A stretch of DNA of 64,000 nt. Origin: Leptolyngbyaceae cyanobacterium (GTDB taxonomy: Bacteria; Cyanobacteriota; Cyanobacteriia; Phormidesmidales; Phormidesmidaceae). Positions 1-9,311 of this stretch are shown piece by piece. A program made the translations under genes and the position numbers. Each line of letters starts with the position of its first letter. Position 1 is the stretch's first letter. The notes below the pieces were generated by a model. That model was not told the DNA's origin. It saw nothing but the letters and a program-made list of their open reading frames with translations, and ran no database searches. The stretch covers positions 1,920,001-1,984,000 of the forward strand of contig CBDHHL010000056.1 in NCBI GenBank assembly GCA_965263355.1, in the 5' to 3' direction.

Positions 1-600
1 GCAGGGGCCATTTCTCGTCTAAATGAAATGGAAGTTGAGGCATTCCAGGTATCTAGTTCGTTAATCGGGGTACTTGCTCAGCGTTTAGTACGCCGAGTAT
101 GTACTGATTGTCGAATAGCTTATGTACCTAGCAATGAGGAGTTGGCTCGGTTTGGTTTAAGTTCGTCCGGTGGTGATGTTAAGTTTTACCGAGCTAAAAC
201 AGTTTCTCCAGATCAAGTCGAAGCCTCTAAAAACGCGGGAGACCTCTGCGAAACTTGTCAGGGCTCGGGTTACAAGGGACGGGTTGGTGTATACGAAGTA
301 ATGCGTATCACTGAAACCATACAGAAAATGATCTCGGATGGAGCCCCCGCAGAACATATAAAAGAAGCTGCCGTTGAAGAAGGTATGCAGACACTGTTGG
401 CTTACAGCCTCAACCTAGTTGAACAGGGTTACACCACCTTGGAAGAAGTAGAACGAGTGACCTTCACCGACACAGGCTTGGAAGCTGAACTCAAAGCAAG
501 ACGCAAGAGCGTTTTGAGCTGTACTACTTGTGGCGCAGAGTTACACCATGACTGGTTAGATTGTCCTTACTGTCTCACGCCACGATTCCAAGATAATTAG
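1..600 (+). CDS. pilB: Type IV pilus assembly ATPase PilB, C-terminal part (gene starts before the window)
   Basis: Frame open from base 1; AQRLVRRVC, CxxC-GSGYKGRVGVYE and the cyanobacterial C-terminal CxxC...CPYC motif; directly upstream of pilT-pilC. Confidence 0.95.
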   Translation, partial: AGAISRLNEMEVEAFQVSSSLIGVLAQRLVRRVCTDCRIAYVPSNEELARFGLSSSGGDVKFYRAKTVSPDQVEASKNAGDLCETCQGSGYKGRVGVYEVMRITETIQKMISDGAPAEHIKEAAVEEGMQTLLAYSLNLVEQGYTTLEEVERVTFTDTGLEAELKARRKSVLSCTTCGAELHHDWLDCPYCLTPRFQDN

Positions 601-750
601 TTGGGTTAGCTAGATGTAATTCTTCACAGCAGAGTGGGTACAATCATCTGCATTAATTGCATCTAGCTCTACTGAAATGCCCTGCTATTTCATTAAAATC
701 AATATCCTTTGCTTACAACGATTTTGTAGATATCTACCTGAGGTGGCCCT

Positions 751-1896
751 ATGGAAATGATGATTGAAGACTTAATGGAAGAAGTAGTTGAGCGAGGCGG
801 ATCTGATCTCCACCTTTCGGCAGGCTTACCCCCTTATATTCGGGTCAGTGGTCATCTCACGCCCACTGAGCATCCACCGATGACCCCTGAGCAATGTCAA
901 CGGCTAATTTTTAGCATGCTTAATAATACTCAGCGGAAGCATTTGGAGCAAAATTGGGAATTAGATTGCTCTTATGGTGTAAAAGGATTAGCGCGTTTTC
1001 GAGTCAATGTTTACAAAGATAGGGGTACCTATGCAGCCTGTCTACGAGCACTGAGTTCTAAGATCCCCAGCGCTGATTTGCTAGGCTTACCCGATATTGT
1101 GATCGAGCTTGCCCGCAAGCCACGCGGTCTCATTTTGGTGACTGGGCCGACGGGGTCTGGCAAGTCCACTACCTTGGCTTCGATGATCAATGACATCAAC
1201 CATTCTAGGGCTGAGCATATTCTGACAGTTGAAGACCCAATTGAATTCATCTATGAGCCTATTAAGAGTCTGATTCACCAACGCCAGATTGGCGAAGATA
1301 CTAAGAGTTTTGCCAACGCACTTAGGGCTGCACTACGGGAAGACCCTGATGTCATTCTGGTGGGTGAGATGCGGGATTTAGAAACTATTTCCCTGGCGAT
1401 TTCAGCAGCAGAAACAGGACACCTTGTTTTCGGTACCTTACATACTAGTTCTGCGGCACAAACAGTAGACAGAATGGTCGACGTATTTCCACCTGAGCAA
1501 CAACAGCAGGTACGCGTACAGCTTTCTAACTCTCTAGTCGCAGTGCTTAGTCAAACCCTTGTTCCTAAGGCAAATCCAAAGCCTGGTGAGTTTGGTCGGG
1601 TGATGGCCCAAGAGATTATGGTAGTTACACCAGCGATTTCTAACTTAATTCGGGAAGGTAAAACAGCGCAAATTTACGGGGCTATTCAAACAGGTGCTAA
1701 GTTAGGCATGCAAACATTAGAGATGGTTTTAGCCGATCTATACAAGGCTGGCACTATTAACTTTGAAAATGCTATAGGCAAGTCGTCCCGAGCTGATGAA
1801 CTGCAACGATTGATCAATGCAGGGGGCGCAGGCACTACTATGAACAAAGGTCAGGCACAGCGTGGACGTCAAGCTACAGGTGGTTTACGTCGTTAG
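751..1896 (+). CDS. pilT: Twitching motility retraction ATPase PilT
   Basis: GPTGSGKSTT Walker A, EDPIE, LREDPDVILVGEMRD, GHLVFGTLHT, AISNLIRE motif. Confidence 0.97.
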   Translation: MEMMIEDLMEEVVERGGSDLHLSAGLPPYIRVSGHLTPTEHPPMTPEQCQRLIFSMLNNTQRKHLEQNWELDCSYGVKGLARFRVNVYKDRGTYAACLRALSSKIPSADLLGLPDIVIELARKPRGLILVTGPTGSGKSTTLASMINDINHSRAEHILTVEDPIEFIYEPIKSLIHQRQIGEDTKSFANALRAALREDPDVILVGEMRDLETISLAISAAETGHLVFGTLHTSSAAQTVDRMVDVFPPEQQQQVRVQLSNSLVAVLSQTLVPKANPKPGEFGRVMAQEIMVVTPAISNLIREGKTAQIYGAIQTGAKLGMQTLEMVLADLYKAGTINFENAIGKSSRADELQRLINAGGAGTTMNKGQAQRGRQATGGLRR

Positions 1897-2020
1897 GACA
1901 TGGAAAATTCTGAGGCTAGACTATTTTTTTACTCAAAATTAGGGGTTGCCTAATTTTGAGGCAAAGCTGTATAAAGCCTTCAATGACTGCTACGCATAAA
2001 ACTTTGCAGAGGTAAAACCT

Positions 2021-3241
2021 ATGCCTACCTACGTTGCCACAGGGCGAGACACTACAGGCCGAACCCGACGAGAGAAGGTTGTTGCGGCCACACCGGGTGA
2101 AGCTCGGACAATGCTCAAGGAGCGTGGAGTCTATATTCAAAGTATCAAACAGGAGCGAGGGCTGAATTTTAACTTGGAGGATATAAAAACCTCTTTAGTT
2201 AATGTCTCAGTAAAAGATAAAGCTGTTTTTTCACGTCAGTTTGCGGCTCTGGTAAATGCAGGCGTAGGACTAGTCAGAGGGATCGGTATTTTAGGTGAAC
2301 AGTGCCCTAATCCTAAGCTGAAAAAAGCTTTACTAGCAATCAATGCCGATGTGCAACAAGGTAATAACCTATCTGACTCGATGCGCAAACATCCATCAAG
2401 TTTTGACTTGTTATACGTCAGTATGGTGCAAGCAGGTGAAGTTGGAGGTGTGTTGGATGAAGTCTTAAATCGTCTAGCCAAGCTTTTGGAAGATCTCAAT
2501 CGCTTGCAGAACCAAATTAAGTCTGCAATGGCTTATCCAGTAACGGTTGGTGTACTGGCTGTCACCATCTTTCTGGGTATGACGATATTTCTGCTGCCTA
2601 TTTTTGAAAATATTTTTACTGAACTGGGAGCAGAATTACCAGGCTTTACGCAGTTTATGATCAACATTAGTCGGTTTTTGCGTAATCCATTACTGGTCTT
2701 TATAACAATCGCTATATTGATCGTAGCTGGTTTTCTGTATCGCCAGTACTACAAAACTCGGGCTGGTAGAGAGACTATGGACCGAGTATTTTTGAAACTG
2801 CCTCTGTTTGGTGATTTAGTTCAGAAGTCAGCAACTGCAAGATTTTGTCGCACGTTTGGCTCTCTTTCTCGGTCTGGTGTGCCAATTTTGACAGCATTAG
2901 AAATTGTGCGAGATACATCAGGTAACCAAGTTATTGCTAACGCAATTGAAGAGGCTCGTTCAGAGATTCAGACTGGTGGCATGATTAGCCTGGCCTTGCA
3001 AAGACATCAAGTCTTTCCAGTGATGGCTATCCAGATGATCAGCATTGGTGAGGAAACAGGCGAACTAGATCAGATGTTAATGAAAGTGGCAGACTTTTAT
3101 GAGGATGAGGTTGAACAGGCGGTCAAAGCATTAACTAGTATTATGGAACCGCTTATGATTATTTTCTTGGGTGGTATGGTAGGTTCTATCCTGATAGCAA
3201 TGTATTTGCCAATCTTCGCATTGCCTGGTGCCATCAATTAA
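2021..3241 (+). CDS. pilC: Type IV pilus inner-membrane platform protein PilC (T2SSF family)
   Basis: Two T2SSF repeats (AGEVGGVLD, IGEETGELD), TM segments, pilB-pilT-pilC synteny. Confidence 0.96.
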   Translation: MPTYVATGRDTTGRTRREKVVAATPGEARTMLKERGVYIQSIKQERGLNFNLEDIKTSLVNVSVKDKAVFSRQFAALVNAGVGLVRGIGILGEQCPNPKLKKALLAINADVQQGNNLSDSMRKHPSSFDLLYVSMVQAGEVGGVLDEVLNRLAKLLEDLNRLQNQIKSAMAYPVTVGVLAVTIFLGMTIFLLPIFENIFTELGAELPGFTQFMINISRFLRNPLLVFITIAILIVAGFLYRQYYKTRAGRETMDRVFLKLPLFGDLVQKSATARFCRTFGSLSRSGVPILTALEIVRDTSGNQVIANAIEEARSEIQTGGMISLALQRHQVFPVMAIQMISIGEETGELDQMLMKVADFYEDEVEQAVKALTSIMEPLMIIFLGGMVGSILIAMYLPIFALPGAIN

Positions 3242-3312
3242 GAGAGGCTGGAGTGCTATTTCTGGATTAAATTTTACCTACTGGATTCTTTTGCCAAAAA
3301 CATTTCTTTTAT

Positions 3313-3351
3313 ACAAGTACCCTAGCTATAAAACATAGTTAGGGTACTTGT
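3313..3351. terminator. Likely bidirectional terminator hairpin between convergent pilC and ABC gene
   Basis: ACAAGTACCCTAGCTA...TAGTTAGGGTACTTGT inverted repeat. Confidence 0.7.
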
Positions 3352-3369
3352 GTTTTATATCGGTACCGG

Positions 3370-5118
3370 TTACTGGAGGACTTCTTTGAGTTTATGTTGA
3401 TTCCAGAGCCGCTGATATAAACCAGCACGAATTACTAGGCTATCGTGGGTACCTGTTTGGACAATACGGCCTTTGTCCATAACTACGATGCGATCGCAAT
3501 TTGCTGCCGCTGACATTTGGTGGGTAATAAAAATAACAGTCTTACGTTGAGTTCCGTGGGATAGGTTATCTAAAATTTGAGTTGCCGTTTGGTTATCAAC
3601 GCTAGACAAAGCATCATCAAGCACTAAAATCGGCGCATCAACCAACAGTGCCCGTCCTAGAGCTGTACGTTGTCGCTGCCCTCCCGATAAGGTAATCCCC
3701 CGTTCTCCTACAATTGTGTCATATTGGTTCGGAAAGTTTAAGATTTCGCTCTGAATCTGAGCTAATTTTGCCGCTTGCTCGATCTCGGGCATTTCCGCCA
3801 AAGGCATGCCGTATCGGAGATTGTTTTTAACTTTTGTACTAAATAAAAAACTGTCTTGTGGAACAAATGCAATCGCCCGTCGTAGATCTGGCAAAGTTAC
3901 CTGGGTTATATCATGATGATCAATAAACAGTTGTCCTTCACTAATTTCCAAAATTCGAGGTAGTGCCTTAGCAAGAGTAGATTTTCCTGAGCCAATGGGA
4001 CCCACCAAGGCTATAGTTTCTCCTGGCTCAATGGTAAAGGATATATCCTGAATGGCTGGCGTAGCAGTACCAGGATATTGGTAGGTTAGACCTTGAGCCC
4101 TGAGCTGACCAGTTACCTCAGTTACTGGTAATTTTGTTGCCCTATTAGCTGTGGCGACTTTAGGTTGTGCTGCAAAAATCGCTTCAATCCGATCAACGCT
4201 TACTTCACCTCGTTGATAAGACGTAATCGTAAACCCTAAAAGAGCAGTTGGGAATACCAGATTATTGACATAGAGCAGCAGCGTCACAAAATCTCCAACA
4301 GCCAATCCCCCCGCAGCAATGCTACGCGCACCCAGCGCCAAAATAATCACTAAGCTAAGACTAGCTAAACCGCCCAGGAGAGGAAAGAGTGTATTTCGGG
4401 TACGGGCCAATAATAGATTAGCTTCCAGCACTGCATCATTACATTGGGCAAAGGCTTGTTGCTCATTAGTCTCCTGGGCATAAATCTTGATTAATCCGAT
4501 GCCACTCATATCCTCTTGAATGAGGGTACTCAAGTCAGACAAAGACTGTTGTACATCTAACTGTTCCTGGCGGAGACGATTACTAAAGGAGCCTACCAGC
4601 AACATCATCAGCGGATAGATAGCCAAGGCCACCAACGTTAATCGTATGCTGATACGGAACATGGCAGGAACAGTCAAGCTATACGCAAATAAAATATTTG
4701 CCAAACTGAGCACTGCAAATCCGAGTAAACGGCGAATGTTATCCACATCGCTGGTAGCCCGATTAATCAGATCTCCAATGGTATTTTCTGCAAAGTAGGC
4801 AGGTTCTAATGACAGCAGGTGTTCAAAAATACGCTGCTTTAGATCAAACTCGACTTTACGTCCGACGCCAAATATCAGCACCCGTGAGGCCATACGAATG
4901 ACCCACATCACCGTTGCTAATGCCAATATCAGCACCACATAGCGCAGAATCGTTCCTTGGCTAAAGGTAATTTTGAGCCTTTCAACGGCATCACCAATGA
5001 TCAGAGGAATCCAAACACTGAGAATATTAACGACCAACAGGGCCCCAATGCCTATAAAAAGCTCTTGCCGATGGGGGTGAAGATAGCTGGTTAAATACTG
5101 CAGCCTAGACTGTGCCAT
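3370..5118 (-). CDS. ABC exporter, fused TMD-ATPase (MdlA-like)
   Basis: N-terminal TM domain, GPIGSGKST, LSGGQRQR, ILVLDD. Confidence 0.93.
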   Translation of the reverse strand: MAQSRLQYLTSYLHPHRQELFIGIGALLVVNILSVWIPLIIGDAVERLKITFSQGTILRYVVLILALATVMWVIRMASRVLIFGVGRKVEFDLKQRIFEHLLSLEPAYFAENTIGDLINRATSDVDNIRRLLGFAVLSLANILFAYSLTVPAMFRISIRLTLVALAIYPLMMLLVGSFSNRLRQEQLDVQQSLSDLSTLIQEDMSGIGLIKIYAQETNEQQAFAQCNDAVLEANLLLARTRNTLFPLLGGLASLSLVIILALGARSIAAGGLAVGDFVTLLLYVNNLVFPTALLGFTITSYQRGEVSVDRIEAIFAAQPKVATANRATKLPVTEVTGQLRAQGLTYQYPGTATPAIQDISFTIEPGETIALVGPIGSGKSTLAKALPRILEISEGQLFIDHHDITQVTLPDLRRAIAFVPQDSFLFSTKVKNNLRYGMPLAEMPEIEQAAKLAQIQSEILNFPNQYDTIVGERGITLSGGQRQRTALGRALLVDAPILVLDDALSSVDNQTATQILDNLSHGTQRKTVIFITHQMSAAANCDRIVVMDKGRIVQTGTHDSLVIRAGLYQRLWNQHKLKEVLQ

Positions 5119-5224
5119 AGAAGTACTCGAAACGCATCTGCAGCCCTTGCTGCTTAACTATCGTAGTACCCTTATGTCAGGATTGGCGGCCAAAAAACTT
5201 GGCCACCAATAGTTAAGCCTCTGC

Positions 5225-6319
5225 TTACAGTTCGATATTGGAATTCCAGCTGAAATCAAAGCTCGGTAGCCAACCCCGTAAAAAGTAGTAGGTAGAAGTC
5301 AGGACTTCATCCCAGTATCGAGATGTCAGCTGGAGCGCATCAACATTAGGAATAATGTCAGGTAAGCGGGAAAATGTATCATTTCCTGACCAGGTATTAA
5401 CTGAGTAAAAATCAGTCGGCTTAGCAATTACCTGCATATCCATATTTTCAAAGGTCAATGCTGAGCGTGTCATGGTCATGGCTGGAGCTACCAACATAAT
5501 CCGTGGATCGGTTGGTTCATCGCGATTGTTTCTCGCAGGCAGTACCTGCTGACTACGCAGAAAAGTATCGACTCTCTCAGCTGTACCATGAGCATTTAAG
5601 CCAGTGGATTCGAAACGAATACGTTCTGCAGGTACCCCGTTATTGAGCAACACCGTTCTCAGATTTTGACGTTTGATTTGACTGGCCTCGCTATTTCCAC
5701 CTGGATCGGCTGTCACCACCACAAATGGATTAGCCCCCGCCTGACGAGCATCACTATAAAGCTGAGATGCATAGATTAAGCGGGGTACCAGTGTAGAGTT
5801 ATAAGCTTGATCGCTAGCACTTTGAAAGGCAACAGATCCCTGAGAATCTCCAGCATCATTACCAAGAACAACAATCGCGCCTGTACGATCCAACCTAGGC
5901 CCTTGCAGACCAGCGGGACAAACCTCAGCACATTGCTCAGCCCGAGCAGTGAATGCCTGCTGTACTTCTAGTTCTGAGCGAGCAACAATGTAGCGACTAA
6001 AAATAGGCAAACTCGTAACGACTAAAATTGCTAGAGCGGCGGCTACCTGCTGCCCCTTAACCTTCCCCACACCATCACTAATTGCAGATCCTAGCAATAA
6101 AATTGTTGCTCCGAGAGGCGTTAGTGGTAACGAGAGCAATCGCCAAATGGTACCAATCGTTTCGTCATTGGGATCTGCAAATGACGCAACAATGAGTACC
6201 AATACAATCACTCCACCAAACCAAGTAAGGTACTGTTTAGGAATGATTTTGGTCAGAATGTACCAAACTAATAGCCCAATAGTGGCCCAAAGTAAAACAC
6301 GGGTAAGCAGGACAAGCAT
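5225..6319 (-). CDS. YdcF/DUF218-like membrane protein
   Basis: N-terminal TM helices, AIVVLG motif, GVPAERIRFES, C-terminal PTDF...E pattern. Confidence 0.75.
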   Translation of the reverse strand: MLVLLTRVLLWATIGLLVWYILTKIIPKQYLTWFGGVIVLVLIVASFADPNDETIGTIWRLLSLPLTPLGATILLLGSAISDGVGKVKGQQVAAALAILVVTSLPIFSRYIVARSELEVQQAFTARAEQCAEVCPAGLQGPRLDRTGAIVVLGNDAGDSQGSVAFQSASDQAYNSTLVPRLIYASQLYSDARQAGANPFVVVTADPGGNSEASQIKRQNLRTVLLNNGVPAERIRFESTGLNAHGTAERVDTFLRSQQVLPARNNRDEPTDPRIMLVAPAMTMTRSALTFENMDMQVIAKPTDFYSVNTWSGNDTFSRLPDIIPNVDALQLTSRYWDEVLTSTYYFLRGWLPSFDFSWNSNIEL

Positions 6320-6495
6320 GGGAACCTTTTAGACAACAGGCGCAAGAGAGATTGTTCAAAAGTTAAGCACATTAGTTCATTTTCGGCTACCGGGTTAGGC
6401 GCTTAAACCGGAACTAATATACCTGGTTCTGTACGTAGATGGGCTCTAAACTGTAAAAACATTTGGCAAAACATGTCTCTTTACGCCCAAATTTA

Positions 6496-6524
6496 AAGCG
6501 GGAACCTTGTTAAGGCTCCCGCTT
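6496..6524. terminator. Hairpin downstream of DUF1517 gene
   Basis: AAGCGGGA...TCCCGCTT inverted repeat. Confidence 0.6.
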
Positions 6525-6580
6525 AGGGATATTGCTTGAAAAGATTAATAGTGGAGCAATGAAATTAAGTCAATACAGAG

Positions 6581-7540
6581 CTACACCAATTTTAGGTTGG
6601 GATATTGAGCAATTACCTCATCGCTGGTCAATGTTTCACCACTGGCTTGAGGGGTCCATAAAACTTCAACCGCCATTAGCGCATCGCTAGAGATTGCACC
6701 AATTTGGTTAAGGGCTTTCTGAACATCATGTTCAGCATTGATATTGGGAAGCACCAATTTACCCTGGGTAGCTACAATCACAGTGACAATGATGTATTCC
6801 CCGGAGGGTAAATTGCCATCCGTATCGGTCAGAGCGGCACTGTCACTCCCAGATAGCTGGTTATTAACGTTGGAGACAGCTTCGTGGCTAAACTTGCTCC
6901 GTTCCATCAGGGCCAAGCGATTAAATTCCACCTCAGCAGAGGTTAGCTTTGTTTGGACAGTATCGGTATCTGCGTAAGCCCAGTATTCTGGGTGACGTAG
7001 CAGAGACAGGGTGCTTTCTTGTAGTACTTTGGCTAGTCCAGCGGTGGAGCTAGTATCTGCAGATGTGGCCAAACGATTGAGATCATCTTGCAGGTGACGA
7101 GCCTTGGCCAATAACCCCACCTGTAGACGGGCTACAGAAACCGTAGGATTTGGGGTATAGGAGGCTTCCCCACTGTCAAATCCAGCGGAGCGAAAGCTGC
7201 GTATTAGGAAGGATGCGATCGCAAAAAATACCAGCAAGCTAAACAACCCGCCACCACCAAATCCAAACAGCGGCATCACTAAAGGAAACCCAAAACCAAA
7301 GCCACCACCAGGATAATAACCGTTAGCAGGACCTCGATAGCTGCGGGGGGATGAATACGTACGCCCGGAAGGACGGCTGGGAGCCCTAAAACTGCCACCA
7401 CCGATGCGACCACCAGCGCGAGCAGCTAACGCGCCGTCAGCTTGGGAAAAGACCAGAACAAATGCGAGGACACAAACCAAAAACGGTTTTAGCAGAGGCC
7501 GTAGCCAAGACGTAAATTGAGTTAGCTTAAATCGACTCAT
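6581..7540 (-). CDS. DUF1517 family membrane protein
   Basis: GGRIGGGSF motif after signal, Gly-rich TM region, LLRHPEYW, EVLWTPQ. Confidence 0.9.
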   Translation of the reverse strand: MSRFKLTQFTSWLRPLLKPFLVCVLAFVLVFSQADGALAARAGGRIGGGSFRAPSRPSGRTYSSPRSYRGPANGYYPGGGFGFGFPLVMPLFGFGGGGLFSLLVFFAIASFLIRSFRSAGFDSGEASYTPNPTVSVARLQVGLLAKARHLQDDLNRLATSADTSSTAGLAKVLQESTLSLLRHPEYWAYADTDTVQTKLTSAEVEFNRLALMERSKFSHEAVSNVNNQLSGSDSAALTDTDGNLPSGEYIIVTVIVATQGKLVLPNINAEHDVQKALNQIGAISSDALMAVEVLWTPQASGETLTSDEVIAQYPNLKLV

Positions 7541-7659
7541 GGTGCAGGGTGCAAAAAACGCTCAGAGCGGCCCACTAGGCCAGTAGCTCGTTACTAAAAT
7601 AGCTCGCCAAGTGTAGCCACTTTTACTGTAACGCGTTTAGTTAAGTCAGACCGATAGTG

Positions 7660-7905
7660 TCAATGGGAGGGATTACCGTATCCCCCCCCAACAATGGTGA
7701 CCACCTCCAAGCGATCATCAGGTTGCATCACCGTAGAGTCCCAAAACTGACGATGCAAAATCTCGCCATTGTACTCCACTGCCACCAAACGGGGATCCAT
7801 ATCTAGCTGAGTTAAAAGCTGTGGTAAGGTCGTGCCCTGCGGGCAAGATTGAGCATTACCATTCACATGGAGGGTGATCAGAGCTGTATCAAAGCTATTA
7901 TTCAT
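7660..7905 (-). CDS. thiS: Sulfur carrier protein ThiS
   Basis: VAVEYNGEI...DRLEVVTIVGGG; follows thiE. Confidence 0.92.
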   Translation of the reverse strand: MNNSFDTALITLHVNGNAQSCPQGTTLPQLLTQLDMDPRLVAVEYNGEILHRQFWDSTVMQPDDRLEVVTIVGGGYGNPSH

Positions 7906-7908
7906 CGG

Positions 7909-8958
7909 TCAGCTTTCATAAAAATGCTGTTTAAAGGCCTGAGTGGCCTGGGTCGGATCATCAGCCTGCATAATTGCCCGTACAACAGCAATGCCTGGAG
8001 CCCCGGCATTTCGTACCGCTGCTACATTAGTCAGATCGATGCCGCCAATGGCAAACCAGGGCATGGGAGCATGCTCCACAGCGTAGCGAACATAATCATA
8101 CCCTGCTGCTGCTTTGCCAGGTTTAGTGGGGGTGGCATGGACGGGACCCACACCAATGTAGTCAGCCCCTTCATCAATAGCTCGGGCCATTTCTGTTGGG
8201 TTTGTGGTCGATCTACCCACAATTGGTAATGGTCCCAGCATACGACGAACAGTAGCCATCGGCAGATCTTGTTGGCCTAAATGCACACCATCTGCACCGA
8301 CTGCGGCGGCAATATCCACACGGTCATTAACAATAAACAGAGCATTGTATTGATGACAAAGTAATTTCATTTTGCTGGCCAGCTCTAGCCGCACCTGATC
8401 ATCGGCTGCTTTTTCCCGGTACTGGACAATATCAATCCCGCCCTTAAGAGCAGCTTCTACAACCGCCAACAAATGATCGCTGGGAGCGGTTACCAAGTAA
8501 GTCTGGGCGTTAGCCAGTTGCTGTCGTAAGTCATGGCCCAGCAATTTGCTTTCCAATGTGTAAAGCTGATAGCGCATCTGTTTTGAACTGCGGGCCATGT
8601 CAGCAGAATAAAGTTTTCCATATTCTTCAAGCACACGCAGTGCCTCTTGCACCCGACAGCAGTTAACTTGCACTACTGTTTGCAAAGTATCACGCTGTTC
8701 TTCCTGGGGATGACTGAGGGTAGTCCCCGCATCTCCAGGCGTGTCACGACTTTGACGAAGCTTGTCGCTGTGCCAACTACCTAGGGTTTGACGAAGATGT
8801 TTAATTTCCTGGGTAAGGGTGACGTCCTTGAGACCAAATCGGCACCATTCTTCAACAATGCGAAGGCCTTCACGAGCCCGATCCAAATTGGCATCTAAAA
8901 TTCTATACAGCACTTCCTGAGACTGGTTTTCAGTGAGTGGCTCAGTGTTCATAGACAA
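7909..8958 (-). CDS. thiE: Thiamine-phosphate synthase (cyanobacterial long form)
   Basis: RILDANLDRAREGLR N-domain; QYREK, NDRVD, GVHLGQQD, TPTK, AIGGI. Confidence 0.95.
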   Translation of the reverse strand: MSMNTEPLTENQSQEVLYRILDANLDRAREGLRIVEEWCRFGLKDVTLTQEIKHLRQTLGSWHSDKLRQSRDTPGDAGTTLSHPQEEQRDTLQTVVQVNCCRVQEALRVLEEYGKLYSADMARSSKQMRYQLYTLESKLLGHDLRQQLANAQTYLVTAPSDHLLAVVEAALKGGIDIVQYREKAADDQVRLELASKMKLLCHQYNALFIVNDRVDIAAAVGADGVHLGQQDLPMATVRRMLGPLPIVGRSTTNPTEMARAIDEGADYIGVGPVHATPTKPGKAAAGYDYVRYAVEHAPMPWFAIGGIDLTNVAAVRNAGAPGIAVVRAIMQADDPTQATQAFKQHFYES

Positions 8959-9086
8959 GCGGGTTATGAGGGCAAAGCCTCCCTATGGTATCAGCTATAA
9001 ATTCGATACCATCTGTTACAAAGGGTTGACAAAATTCTAAGCCCCTATCAAAATCCCTAAACATAAATTAAAGTCCTAGGCATAGA

Positions 9087-9159
9087 TAAACCTTGTTCAC
9101 GTCTAGAACTGAAGTTTTTCTGTAGAAGAAACTACAGGTTTTAGCTTGCACGTGGTTTA
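9087..9159 (+). repeat. 73-bp dispersed MITE-like repeat, copy 1
   Basis: TAAACC...GGTTTA ends; about 61/73 identical to 25468-25540, homologous to inverted copy 52522-52594. Confidence 0.8.
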
Positions 9160-9311
9160 TACACCTCAGGCATAAACAACTCAGACATAAACGACATCCT
9201 GCCTCACGCACCCACCGCAAATTTTGCAGTATTAACCCATGGATTTGGGATGGTAGGCAGAGCGTCATCGCAATTGGCTCGGCGAAACATGTTTTCCGAG
9301 TAGTCACATTA

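Noticed and set aside
8960..9086. TPP riboswitch upstream of thiE
   Set aside because: No recognisable TPP aptamer core (GCUGAGA...CCUGAUC...GGAA) seen on the minus strand
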